This document shows positions 38,651 to 47,420 of a stretch of DNA of 64,000 nucleotides, piece by piece. Source of the stretch: Oscillospiraceae bacterium. Its GTDB lineage: Bacteria; Bacillota; Clostridia; Oscillospirales; Oscillospiraceae. Within the stretch, counting starts at the first letter, position 1. Each line of letters opens with the position of its first letter. The notes beneath the pieces are model-generated. The model saw nothing but the letters and a program-made list of their open reading frames with translations. It ran no database searches and was not told the DNA's origin. The translations under genes were made by a program, and so were the position numbers. The stretch covers positions 3,428-67,427 of the forward strand of contig SVLE01000001.1 in the NCBI GenBank assembly GCA_015068065.1, read 5' to 3'.

Positions 38651-38687
38651 AAAAAATATCCCGCGCCATCCGGCGCGGGATATTTTT
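38651..38687. terminator. Intrinsic terminator after the CoA-transferase
   Basis: AAAAATATCCCGCGCC / GGCGCGGGATATTTTT. Confidence 0.8.
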
Positions 38688-40020
38688 ATCGTTTATTGGA
38701 ACGCCGCCAGATCTTCTGCTTGTCCGCCTGGGCGATCAGTGCATCCCGGAAGTTCGGGTGGGCGATGGATACCAGAAGCTCCGCCCGCTCCCACGTGGTA
38801 CGGCCGATAAGGTTGACTGCACCGTACTCCGTGACAACAAAGTAGGTCTGGCTTCTGGGGTCGGTGACGATATCTCCGTGGAAGTGGGGGGCGATGTTGG
38901 AGTGGAGCTGGCCCTGCTTGTCCGTAAAGGTGGAGTTGAGGCAGATAAAACTCTTGCCGCCCTTGGACATGGATGCGCCGGTGAGAAAGTCCAGCTGGCC
39001 GCCCGTTCCGCTGATGTGGCGCAGGGCGGAGCTTTCCGCCGTCACCTGGCCGAACAGGTCCACGCTGATACAGCTGTTGATGGAGATCATGTTGTCATGG
39101 CTGGCGATGGTGTGGGGGGAGTTGACGTATTCCAGCGGGCAGATCATCACACCGGGATTCTCGTCCAGCCAGTCATACAGCCGCCGGGAGCCGAAGGCGA
39201 TGCCGGTGACACCCTTGTGCCGGTGGATGGTCTTTTTCGCGTTGGTCAGCTTGCCCGCCTCGTGCAGATCCACGTAGGCGTCCGAGCACAGCTCTGTGTG
39301 CATACCCAGATCCCGCACATCGGACTGAGCCAGCATGGAACCAACCACCCCCGGGATGCCGCCGATGCCCAGCTGAAGGGTTGCCCCGTCCTGAATATAG
39401 GGCAAAATATGCTCGGCAATGCGGATGTCCTCCGGCGCGGGAGCGGCGGGAGGAATCTCCATGAGGGGGGGATGCTCTCCCTCCACCACAAAGTCTACGT
39501 CCGAGATATGGATGACCTCGTCAAAGCCGCCCAGAATGCGGGGCAGGTTCTCGTTGACCTCCACGATGACCACGTCGGCCTTTTCCAGAATGCCCCGGGC
39601 CACACCGGTGGAGCAGGACAGGTTGAAATAGCCGTGCTTGTCCATGGGGGTGACGCACATCATGGCCACGTTGACGGTGAGGAAATGGCGGTAATAGGGG
39701 ATCACATCCCGAAAGACCATGGGGATGAAGTTGCACAATCCTTCGTCACACAGCTTGCGCTCATAGGGGGAGCAGTGCCAGCTGTTGTAGATGAAATGCT
39801 CCCGGCTGGGGTCGCATTCCGCCGTGCGGATGGGGCCGAAAATCAGATTGCCGCGGATCTTCACGTCGGTCAGCTCGTCTTTGCGTTTGGCAAGGGCCTC
39901 GTCCAGCAGCATGGGGAAGCCCATGGAGGTGGTGTAGTCCACCCAGTCGCCGCTCTTGATCACCTGCACCGCCTGTTCCGGGGTGCGCAGCTTGGCGCGG
40001 TAGCGTTCCTGTACGGTCAT
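38686..40020 (-). CDS. Butyryl-CoA:acetate CoA-transferase-like (acetyl-CoA hydrolase/transferase family)
   Basis: IKSGDWVDY, HFIYNSWH, PMDKHGYFN, LQLGIGGIP, GMHTE (catalytic Glu), ISGTGGQLDF, IWRRSNK; resembles But of gut butyrate producers, substrate unproven. Confidence 0.8.
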   Translation of the reverse strand: MTVQERYRAKLRTPEQAVQVIKSGDWVDYTTSMGFPMLLDEALAKRKDELTDVKIRGNLIFGPIRTAECDPSREHFIYNSWHCSPYERKLCDEGLCNFIPMVFRDVIPYYRHFLTVNVAMMCVTPMDKHGYFNLSCSTGVARGILEKADVVIVEVNENLPRILGGFDEVIHISDVDFVVEGEHPPLMEIPPAAPAPEDIRIAEHILPYIQDGATLQLGIGGIPGVVGSMLAQSDVRDLGMHTELCSDAYVDLHEAGKLTNAKKTIHRHKGVTGIAFGSRRLYDWLDENPGVMICPLEYVNSPHTIASHDNMISINSCISVDLFGQVTAESSALRHISGTGGQLDFLTGASMSKGGKSFICLNSTFTDKQGQLHSNIAPHFHGDIVTDPRSQTYFVVTEYGAVNLIGRTTWERAELLVSIAHPNFRDALIAQADKQKIWRRSNKR

Positions 40021-40098
40021 AGTCAGCCCTCCTGTGCAAACAGTTTGTCCTAAATCCAGTTTAACTATAAAATCTCGGTCCGTCAAGGGAAAAGAAAT

Positions 40099-40160
40099 GT
40101 AAAATAAACTTGACATGGAGAGATGTATCGTGTACACTGTGTACGTAAAGTAAACTTTAC
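40099..40160 (+). promoter_or_regulatory. SigmaA promoter flanked by two related palindromic operator sites
   Basis: TTGACA (40110-15)-N17-TACACT; GTAAAataaacTTGAC at 40099-114 and GTAAAGtaaaCTTTAC at 40145-160. Confidence 0.65.
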
Positions 40161-40182
40161 AAGTAAGGCGGGGTGGTACGCA

Positions 40183-40383
40183 ATGAAAAACAGGATCGAG
40201 GCTATCCGCAAGGAGCGGGGAATACGGCAGGAGGACTTTGCCAAGGCGTTGGGCGTGTCCAGACAGACTATCAGTTCATTGGAAAACGGGCGGTACAATC
40301 CGTCCATCCTGCTGGCGTACAGAATCGCAAAATATTTTGAAATGACCATTGAGCAGGTGTTCTGCTTTGAGGACTGTGAATAA
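40183..40383 (+). CDS. Small XRE-family HTH regulator
   Basis: MKNRIEAIRK...GVSRQTISSLENGRYNPSILLAYRIA. Confidence 0.9.
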   Translation: MKNRIEAIRKERGIRQEDFAKALGVSRQTISSLENGRYNPSILLAYRIAKYFEMTIEQVFCFEDCE

Positions 40384-40394
40384 AGGAGGATACG

Positions 40395-40790
40395 ATGAGC
40401 AAACGAATCTATTTGAGTGTGTTTTGGGTCATTCTGGGCGGGGTGCTGGCCGCGTTGGAGCTGACACAGCAAATCGAGGAATTCTGGGGCAGTATGGGGT
40501 TTGCACTGGTTGTTGTCGGACTGCTTCAGATCGTGCGGCTCGTCCGCTATCAAAGAAATGCGGACTACCGGGAAAAGATGGATGTGGAGAGCGGGGACGA
40601 GCGCAACCGCTTTTTGGCCAACAAGGCCTGGGCCTGGGCCGGGTACTGGCTGGTGCTCATCTGTGCGGTGGGGACCATCGTATTTAAGCTGTTGGGAAGA
40701 GAGGACCTGATGATGTTCTCATCAGGAGTTGTCTGCCTGATGCTGGTGCTCTACTGGGTCTGCTACACGGTGCTCAAACGCAAATATTGA
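40395..40790 (+). CDS. 4-TM membrane protein (DUF2178-like XRE partner)
   Basis: DERN motif between TM pairs; AAGGAGG RBS. Confidence 0.7.
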   Translation: MSKRIYLSVFWVILGGVLAALELTQQIEEFWGSMGFALVVVGLLQIVRLVRYQRNADYREKMDVESGDERNRFLANKAWAWAGYWLVLICAVGTIVFKLLGREDLMMFSSGVVCLMLVLYWVCYTVLKRKY

Positions 40791-40796
40791 GAACGG

Positions 40797-40827
40797 GGGG
40801 TGCGTCCTGTGGACGCACCCCTTTTTT
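40797..40827 (+). terminator. Intrinsic terminator
   Basis: GGGGTGCGTCC-tgt-GGACGCACCCC followed by T6. Confidence 0.85.
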
Positions 40828-40913
40828 GTGGGGATGCGGACTGGACATAAGCGGCGGTTTTGACTATAATATCAAGGTAATACGATCCGCGTTCGGAAAG
40901 GTACGGTAGAAAT

Positions 40914-42080
40914 ATGAATGAAATGATTTTGCTCAAGCTGGGCGAGATGGTGCTCAAGGGACTCAACCGCCGCAGCTTTGAGGACAAGCTGCAGGCCAAT
41001 CTCCACCGCCGGCTGCACCCATATGGGCAGTTCCGGGTATACACCCGCCAGTCCACCACCTATGTGGAGCCCATGGATGAGGAGTGCGACGTGTACGGAG
41101 CCTTTGAGGCCATCAAAAAGGTGTTCGGTATTGTGGGTGTGTCTCTGGCCCGGCCCTGCGAGAAGGACAAGGACGCCATTCTAAACACGGCCAAGGAGTT
41201 TCTGGATGACAAATTGCGTGCCGCCCGCACCTTTAAGGTGGAGACCAAGCGCGCGGACAAGACCTTTCCCATGAACTCCATTCAGCTCAGCCAGTATGTG
41301 GGTGGCGAACTGCACGAGGCCTACGAGAATCTGGAAGTGGATGTCCACAACCCGGAACTGACCGTTCATGTGGAGGTGCGTGACTACGCCGCCTACGTCC
41401 ACGCGGACGCCGAGCCCGGTGCGGGTGGCCTGCCCGTGGGCATCAACGGAAGAGCGGTGTCTCTGCTGTCCGGCGGCATCGACTCCCCCGTGTCCAGCTA
41501 CATGATTGCCAAGCGGGGCGTGGCACTGGATATGGTGCACTTCTTCTCCTATCCCTATACCTCCCAGGAGGCCAAGGACAAGGTCATTGAGCTGGCTCGC
41601 CTGCTCACCGCTTACTGCGGACGGCTCACCCTGCATATTGTGCCCTTTACCGCCATTCAGGAGGAGCTGCGCCGCTCCTGCCCGGAGGAGCTGTTCACCG
41701 TGGTCATGCGCAGATTTATGATGCGCATTTCTCAGGAAGTGGCCAAGCGGTGCGGAGCCAAGGCCCTGGTCACCGGCGAATGCCTCGGTCAGGTGGCCAG
41801 CCAGACCATGGAGGCCATGGCCTGCACCGGCGCGGTGGTGGAGTTGCCCATCCTGCGTCCCTGCATCGGCATGGACAAGGAGGAAATCGTGCAGATATCC
41901 CGAAAGATCGGCACTTATGAAACGTCTATTCTGCCCTATGAGGACTGCTGCACCGTCTTTACCCCCCGCCATCCCCGTCTGCGTCCCACCATTGGAGAGA
42001 TGCAGTATGCCGAGGAGAAGCTGGACATTGAAAAGCTGGTGGCCGAGGCTGTGGCCGGAATTGAGCGGGTGCAGCTGTGA
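40914..42080 (+). CDS. thiI: tRNA 4-thiouridine(8) synthase
   Basis: GEMVLKGLNR, THUMP region, LLSGGIDSPV, GQVASQT, PYEDCC. Confidence 0.95.
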   Translation: MNEMILLKLGEMVLKGLNRRSFEDKLQANLHRRLHPYGQFRVYTRQSTTYVEPMDEECDVYGAFEAIKKVFGIVGVSLARPCEKDKDAILNTAKEFLDDKLRAARTFKVETKRADKTFPMNSIQLSQYVGGELHEAYENLEVDVHNPELTVHVEVRDYAAYVHADAEPGAGGLPVGINGRAVSLLSGGIDSPVSSYMIAKRGVALDMVHFFSYPYTSQEAKDKVIELARLLTAYCGRLTLHIVPFTAIQEELRRSCPEELFTVVMRRFMMRISQEVAKRCGAKALVTGECLGQVASQTMEAMACTGAVVELPILRPCIGMDKEEIVQISRKIGTYETSILPYEDCCTVFTPRHPRLRPTIGEMQYAEEKLDIEKLVAEAVAGIERVQL

Positions 42081-42772
42081 TCAAGGTCATTTTGTGGGAT
42101 ATTGACGGAACCCTGCTGTCCTTCAAACTGGCGGAGCGGGCGGCCATCCGGGCCTGTTTTGAGAAATTCGGGCTGGGTGAACTGACCGACGAAATGCTGG
42201 CCGAATATTCCGCCATCAACGCCTCCTACTGGAAGCGGCTGGAGTTGGGTGAGTTGACCAAGCCTCAGGTGCTGCGTGGACGATTTGAGGAATTCTTCAC
42301 CGCCTACGGGCTGGACACCGGCTGCGTGGACGACTTCAACGCCGAATATCAGGTGCGGCTGGGCGAAACAGTGGTATTCAATGACAACGGCAGGGAATTG
42401 GTACAGCGACTTCGGGGCAAGGTAAAGCAGTATGCCGTTACCAACGGTACGTTGGTGGCCCAGCGGGGCAAATTGAAAAATTCCGGCCTCGACCTGCTGC
42501 TGGACGATGTGTTTATCTCCGATGTGGTTGGGGTGGAAAAGCCGGGGAAAGGCTTTTTCGATGCCGTGTTCGCTGCCATTGGAGACTATGAAAAGGATGA
42601 AGTGCTCATCGTGGGCGACTCCCTGACCAGTGACATGCAGGGAGGCAACAACGCGGGCATCCTGTGCGGCTGGTACAATCCGGGCGGCGAGCCTGTTCCG
42701 GAGGGGCTTCGGATAGACTATGACATCCGCGATTTGAATGCGGTGGAGATCATTCTGGATTTGGAGGGGTAA
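42077..42772 (+). CDS. YjjG-family HAD pyrimidine nucleotidase
   Basis: WDIDGTL, VTNG, EKP, VGDSLTSDMQGG. Confidence 0.85.
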   Translation: MIKVILWDIDGTLLSFKLAERAAIRACFEKFGLGELTDEMLAEYSAINASYWKRLELGELTKPQVLRGRFEEFFTAYGLDTGCVDDFNAEYQVRLGETVVFNDNGRELVQRLRGKVKQYAVTNGTLVAQRGKLKNSGLDLLLDDVFISDVVGVEKPGKGFFDAVFAAIGDYEKDEVLIVGDSLTSDMQGGNNAGILCGWYNPGGEPVPEGLRIDYDIRDLNAVEIILDLEG

Positions 42773-42774
42773 TC

Positions 42775-44034
42775 ATGTCCCATACGGTAGAGATTTTGTC
42801 CGTTGGCACCGAACTGCTGCTGGGCAGCATTGCCAATACGGATGCACAAATGCTTTCTCAGGGGCTGAGCGAGCTGGGATTGAATGTCTACTGGCACACG
42901 GTGGTGGGGGATAACCCCGGCCGGGCCCGGGAGGCGGTGGCACTGGCCAAGAGCCGGGCGGACATCATCATCACCACCGGCGGACTTGGCCCCACCTGCG
43001 ACGACCTGACCAAAAATGTGCTGGCGGAGGCCTTTGGCAAGGAGCTTGTGTTCCACGAGCCCTCCGCTCAGCGTATCCGCAGCTATTTTGAACGCACCAA
43101 GCGGCCTATGCCCGAGAGCAATATGCAGCAGGCCATGCTGCCCGAGGGGTGCACCGTGCTGGAAAACGACTGGGGGACCGCCCCCGGCTGCGCTTTTGAG
43201 GCGGATGGGGTGCATGTCATCATGCTGCCCGGCCCGCCCAGTGAGTGCCGACCCATGTTCCACTACCGGGCCAAGCCCTATCTGCAGAGTCTGTCCGAGG
43301 GCGTGATCGCCTCCCACACCCTGAAACTGTTCGGCATCGGGGAGTCGTCCATGGAGGAGCAGCTGCGCCAGCAGATGAACGAGATGTCCAACCCCACCCT
43401 CGCGCCCTACGCAAAGGAGGGCGAGTGCGAGTTGCGGGTCACCGCCAAGGCGGACAATGACGAGGAAGCTCAAAAATTGCTCAAACCAACCGTGGAGCAA
43501 ATTAAGACCCTGTTTGGCAATAAAGTATACGGCGTGGATGTAAAGAGTCTGGAACAGGTGGTGCAGACCCTGCTGGAAGAAAAGGGGATGACCATCGGTG
43601 TGGCCGAGAGCATCACCGGCGGCCTGCTTGCCAAGCGGCTGACCGACCTGCCCGGGGTGTCCAAAGTGTTTAAGGGCGGCATCGTGTCCTATACCAACGA
43701 AGTCAAGCAGGCAGTTCTTGGCGTACCGGAGGAACTTCTGAACCGGTGCGGCGCGGTGTCCGCCCCTGTGGCACAGGCTATGGCGGAGGGTGCACGCAGG
43801 GTTCTTGGTGTGGATATCGCCCTGTCCGCCACCGGCGTGGCCGGCCCGGACAAGGATGACCGGGGCAACGAAGTGGGCACCGCCTTTGTGGCCATCGCGA
43901 CCCCGGAGGGCAGCTACGTGAGAGAACTGCATCTGGGCAACCGTCCCATGCGGGAACGGCTGCGCACCCAGACGGCCCACCATGCCTTTGACTTGGCTCG
44001 GCGGTATCTGTCCGGACTGTCCTATGAGCATTGA
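42775..44034 (+). CDS. cinA: Competence/damage-inducible protein A (MocF-like domain plus PncC NMN deamidase)
   Basis: VGTELLLG, TGGLGPTCDDLT, AESITGG, TGVAGP. Confidence 0.95.
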   Translation: MSHTVEILSVGTELLLGSIANTDAQMLSQGLSELGLNVYWHTVVGDNPGRAREAVALAKSRADIIITTGGLGPTCDDLTKNVLAEAFGKELVFHEPSAQRIRSYFERTKRPMPESNMQQAMLPEGCTVLENDWGTAPGCAFEADGVHVIMLPGPPSECRPMFHYRAKPYLQSLSEGVIASHTLKLFGIGESSMEEQLRQQMNEMSNPTLAPYAKEGECELRVTAKADNDEEAQKLLKPTVEQIKTLFGNKVYGVDVKSLEQVVQTLLEEKGMTIGVAESITGGLLAKRLTDLPGVSKVFKGGIVSYTNEVKQAVLGVPEELLNRCGAVSAPVAQAMAEGARRVLGVDIALSATGVAGPDKDDRGNEVGTAFVAIATPEGSYVRELHLGNRPMRERLRTQTAHHAFDLARRYLSGLSYEH

Positions 44035-44069
44035 AAAAACGGCTGTCACCATTGGTGACAGCCGTTTTT
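44035..44069. terminator. Bidirectional intrinsic terminator
   Basis: AAAAACGGCTGTCACCA-t-TGGTGACAGCCGTTTTT. Confidence 0.85.
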
Positions 44070-44074
44070 GGTGG

Positions 44075-44809
44075 TTACAGTAGAGATAAGACCTGCCGCT
44101 TGCAATCCAGAAAGGTCTGGGTGAGGGCAAAGTCTTTGGGTCTGGGCCGGGGGTGCGGCACCACGATCTCGTGAGTAATTTTGCCCGGGGAGCCGGTCAA
44201 CAGACAGATTCGGTCAGACAGAAGTACGGCCTCGTCCACATCATGGGTGACAAACAGCGTGGTGATGGGCAGAGTGCACATAATGTCCAGATACCAGTGG
44301 TGCAGAGCACGTTTCGTGATTGCGTCCAGAGCGGAGAACGGTTCGTCCAGCAGCACCAGTTTTCGGCGGAACAGATAGGTTCGGAGCAGGGCGGCGCGCT
44401 GGCGCATACCCCCGGACAGTTGGGCAGGGTAGAGCTGTTGCGTGCCGTCCAGACCGAAGGTGCCGAACAATTCCTGAGCCTGGTCAAGGGCGTCTCTGCG
44501 GTTGATCCCCTGCAGCAGAAGGGGTAGGATCACGTTGTCCTGTATGGTGCGAAAGGGAAGCAGAAGATCTTTCTGCAGCATGTAGCTGACCTGTCCGGGG
44601 CGTGCGGTAATGTCCTCACCGTCCAGAAGGACCTGCCCGCTGTCGGGCGTTAGCAGACCGGAAATGATGTTGAATAGGGTGGATTTTCCACTGCCGCTTA
44701 CACCAAGCAGGCAGACAAGCTCCCCCTGCTCCAGCGTAAGATCTACCCCGCTCAGAACCGGCTTTCGGTCAAAGGCTTTTTTGACCGAGCATACCTCCAG
44801 AAATGCCAT
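44075..44809 (-). CDS. ABC ATPase, NitT/TauT family (ThiZ-like)
   Basis: GVSGSGKST, LSGGMRQR, LLDEPFSALD. Confidence 0.9.
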   Translation of the reverse strand: MAFLEVCSVKKAFDRKPVLSGVDLTLEQGELVCLLGVSGSGKSTLFNIISGLLTPDSGQVLLDGEDITARPGQVSYMLQKDLLLPFRTIQDNVILPLLLQGINRRDALDQAQELFGTFGLDGTQQLYPAQLSGGMRQRAALLRTYLFRRKLVLLDEPFSALDAITKRALHHWYLDIMCTLPITTLFVTHDVDEAVLLSDRICLLTGSPGKITHEIVVPHPRPRPKDFALTQTFLDCKRQVLSLL

Positions 44810-45810
44810 CAGCCGGGCAGATAGTCGTTGGTGAAGCCACTATTCGGATCAAGTCCGTCTGCCAGATCGTGTTCCGACAGCCAGCGGTAGTAAGCGGCCC
44901 AGCGGTCCGGGTCAAACTCGCCCCAGCGGGAGGCATCGGAGGTGTACTGATCAGCCAGGTACTGCTGGCTGGCACGGACCAACGCCTCATTGGAGCGCAG
45001 TTCGGGCGCGGCATCCATCAGGATTTCGGCCGCTTCTTCGGGATGTTCGACGGCGAAGTCATAGCCCCGTGCCAGAGCGGACAGGAAACGCTTGGCGGTT
45101 TGCGGCTTCTGGGACAGGAAGTCGTTGTTTGCAATGATAACGGGTGTGTAGAAGTCGAAGACGGGATCGATGTCCGCAAAAGCGAAGTAATCCGTTTCCA
45201 GACCGGCCACATTGCAGGCAATGCCCGCCCAGGCATAGAAAATCCAGATAGCGTCCACCGATTTGCTCTGCAGGGCGGACACCTCGTCGGTGACGGTGGA
45301 GGGAATCAGCTCCACCGATTGGAAGTCGCCGCCCTGCGCGGCCATCACGTGGGCGATGGTGGCCTTTTCCACGGGCAGGTCCCAGGTGGCATACTTGTGG
45401 CCGGCAAGACCCGCAGGGGAACTCATCCCCTCCCCGGCACGGGAAATGATACCGGAGGTGTTGTGCTGGATGACCGCGGCCACTGCGGTGATGGGCAGGG
45501 GGGCTGTTCCGCACAGGGCAGGGGCCATGGAATCCTGGAAGGAGACGCCGAACTGAGCCTTGCCGGAAGCGACCAGCACCTCTGCACCGTCAGCGGGGGG
45601 CTGGACGATCTCAACGTCAAGACCCTCCTGAGCGAACCAACCCTTGGCAAGAGCGGCATACAGGCCGGTGTGATTGGTGTTGGGCGTCCAGTCCAACACA
45701 AAGGTGATCTTTTCAAGGGAAGCTTCGTGAGGAGTGGGGGAGCAGGCGGACAGGGACAGGAGCAGAGTGGCGGCCAGCAGGATGGCGGTCAGCCGGAAGT
45801 TGCGGTTCAT
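44809..45810 (-). CDS. NMT1/THI5-like HMP/thiamine-binding lipoprotein (ThiY-like)
   Basis: Lipobox LSAC, LDWTPNTNHTG, DFYTPV. Confidence 0.9.
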   Translation of the reverse strand: MNRNFRLTAILLAATLLLSLSACSPTPHEASLEKITFVLDWTPNTNHTGLYAALAKGWFAQEGLDVEIVQPPADGAEVLVASGKAQFGVSFQDSMAPALCGTAPLPITAVAAVIQHNTSGIISRAGEGMSSPAGLAGHKYATWDLPVEKATIAHVMAAQGGDFQSVELIPSTVTDEVSALQSKSVDAIWIFYAWAGIACNVAGLETDYFAFADIDPVFDFYTPVIIANNDFLSQKPQTAKRFLSALARGYDFAVEHPEEAAEILMDAAPELRSNEALVRASQQYLADQYTSDASRWGEFDPDRWAAYYRWLSEHDLADGLDPNSGFTNDYLPG

Positions 45811-45827
45811 GTTGTAAACACCTCGTT

Positions 45828-46604
45828 TTATGTTTCGTTTTTTTGAATATGAAGCCAGGGCATGCACAGACGGGCAATCAGGTCTGTCAGTGCCATGAGG
45901 GCGAGAGAGACCCCGCTGATGAGAAAGATAACGGCGAACATTTTGTCAAAGGCAAAGGCCTTTTTGACCCGGGTCATATAGACGCCCAGGCCCGCAAAGC
46001 CGCCCAGCCATTCGCTGATGACCGCGCCTACCACGCAGTAGGCAACACAGATACGCAGGGCGGAGAAAAATTGGCCCAGTGCGCCGGGAAACTTGAGATA
46101 CCGGAATATTTGCCATCTGCTAGCCCCCATGGAGCGCAGCAAATTTACCGCATCCGGGTCGGCACTGCCGAAGCCATCCAGCAGGCCTACCGTCATGGGG
46201 AAAAAGGTGGTGATGACGATTAGGATGACTTTGGGCAGCAGGCCGTAGCCAAACCAGAGGACCAGCAACGGGGCGATGGCCACGGTGGGGACGGTCTGAG
46301 TCAGTACCAGAATGGGGTAAACGGCCCGGCGCAGGGCGGGAACAGCATCCATGATCATGGCGCAGATAAAGCCCAGAAGCACGCCCAGCGCGAGACCGCA
46401 AAAGGCCTCCTGCAGGGTGGTCAGGGCATTTTCCAGCAGGATCATGCGCTCGGACCAAAGGGCGCGCAACACCTGTGCAGGGGAGGGGAGCATATAGGCG
46501 GGGACAAGGCCTGTGCGGCACGCCAGATGCCACAGAGCCAGAAGGATGGCACCGGCAGCCAAAGGCGGGAGTTTATCGGTGATGCTTGGACACTTTTTTA
46601 TCAA
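45828..46604 (-). CDS. ABC permease, NitT/TauT family (ThiX-like)
   Basis: LPSP, QTVPTVAIAPLLVLWFGYG, GAVISEWLGG. Confidence 0.9.
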   Translation of the reverse strand: MIKKCPSITDKLPPLAAGAILLALWHLACRTGLVPAYMLPSPAQVLRALWSERMILLENALTTLQEAFCGLALGVLLGFICAMIMDAVPALRRAVYPILVLTQTVPTVAIAPLLVLWFGYGLLPKVILIVITTFFPMTVGLLDGFGSADPDAVNLLRSMGASRWQIFRYLKFPGALGQFFSALRICVAYCVVGAVISEWLGGFAGLGVYMTRVKKAFAFDKMFAVIFLISGVSLALMALTDLIARLCMPWLHIQKNET

Positions 46605-46872
46605 TGGTCAGCACCTCTCCTTCCGGACGATACGTGACTTTGATATAGGCGCTGACGCTGGACGCACCGGCCCGAATGGCTACATGCTGACATTGACGGA
46701 CCACATCCATGAGCTGGTCGTAGTCGTCGCCCTCGATGGCGGTTTCACAGGGGCCTACGTAATAGGTCAGACCTGTGCTTTTGATGTAGTCGATCACCTC
46801 GTCCACGATGCGGATGAGTTCTTCGTCGCTGTGGGCGGCGGGCAGGGTTTGGATGGCAACGCTTGCTTTCAT
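46573..46872 (-). CDS. Thiamine-binding protein (MTH1187/YkoF-like, DUF77)
   Basis: VDEVIDYIKSTGLTYYVGPCETAIEG; first gene under the TPP riboswitch. Confidence 0.85.
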   Translation of the reverse strand: MKASVAIQTLPAAHSDEELIRIVDEVIDYIKSTGLTYYVGPCETAIEGDDYDQLMDVVRQCQHVAIRAGASSVSAYIKVTYRPEGEVLTIDKKVSKHHR

Positions 46873-46891
46873 GTTTGTTTCCTCCTGTATG

Positions 46892-46930
46892 AAAAAAGAT
46901 GCCCTCGCCGGTCATCCCGGCGAAGGCATC
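46892..46930 (-). terminator. Riboswitch expression-platform terminator
   Basis: Minus strand GATGCCTTCGCCGG...CCGGCGAGGGCATC followed by T6. Confidence 0.8.
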
Positions 46931-46977
46931 CAATACGTCTGCAAGGTTCATGGACAGAACATGACGGTGCAAATATA

Positions 46978-47065
46978 TGTTCCCTACGCTGGCATGATCC
47001 AGATCAGGTTAAAGGGTCTCGGAACATATCCGACTCTCAGCCCGTCAATTCGGACTCCCCGTTGT
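46978..47065 (-). ncRNA. TPP riboswitch
   Basis: Minus strand GGGGAGTCCG...GGGCTGAGAG...ACCCTTTAACCTGATCTGGATCATGCCAGCGTAGGGAA. Confidence 0.95.
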
Positions 47066-47148
47066 GGGTGCAAGTGTAACTCTGTTTTTGCATTTTGTCA
47101 AGCACAAAAAATTTTGCCGCTTTAACGCAAAAAAGTGTTCTTTGCCTG

Positions 47149-47177
47149 TTGCAATTTTGTTTTGATGAGAGTATAAT
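47149..47177 (+). promoter_or_regulatory. SigmaA promoter of the aro operon leader
   Basis: TTGCAA-N17-TATAAT. Confidence 0.75.
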
Positions 47178-47206
47178 AAGCCCATCTTTTCTGTGAGGTG
47201 CGCAAA

Positions 47207-47308
47207 ATGAAGCGTAACACCGTCACAACCGCATCCGTGTTCTTTTTTGGCTGGGCCCGATTTATGGGTGCCGGCTATTTTGCCGTGGGCAAAAAGGATG
47301 AACGATGA
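47207..47308 (+). CDS. Putative aromatic amino acid attenuator leader peptide (33 aa, not in ORF track)
   Basis: GAGGTG RBS 6 nt before ATG; MKRNTVTTASVFFFGWARFMGAGYFAVGKKDER* (5 Phe, 1 Trp, 1 Tyr); stop codon inside the antiterminator arm. Confidence 0.8.
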   Translation: MKRNTVTTASVFFFGWARFMGAGYFAVGKKDER

Positions 47309-47351
47309 GTGTCTGCCGTGACCGGCGGGATAAGATACCAAAGGAATCTTT

Positions 47352-47386
47352 GGGCGCTCATTGAGTTCATCAATGAGCGCCCTTTT
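47352..47386 (+). terminator. Attenuator terminator upstream of aroF
   Basis: GGGCGCTCATTGA-gttca-TCAATGAGCGCCC (13-bp perfect stem) followed by TTTTATT. Confidence 0.85.
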
Positions 47387-47420
47387 ATTCGTCTGCGGAC
47401 AATGGAAAGGACTTGATCAT

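Noticed and set aside
47180-47390. T-box riboswitch upstream of aroF
   Set aside because: No GGTGGNACC T-box sequence or stem I motifs; the leader-peptide model explains the structure better
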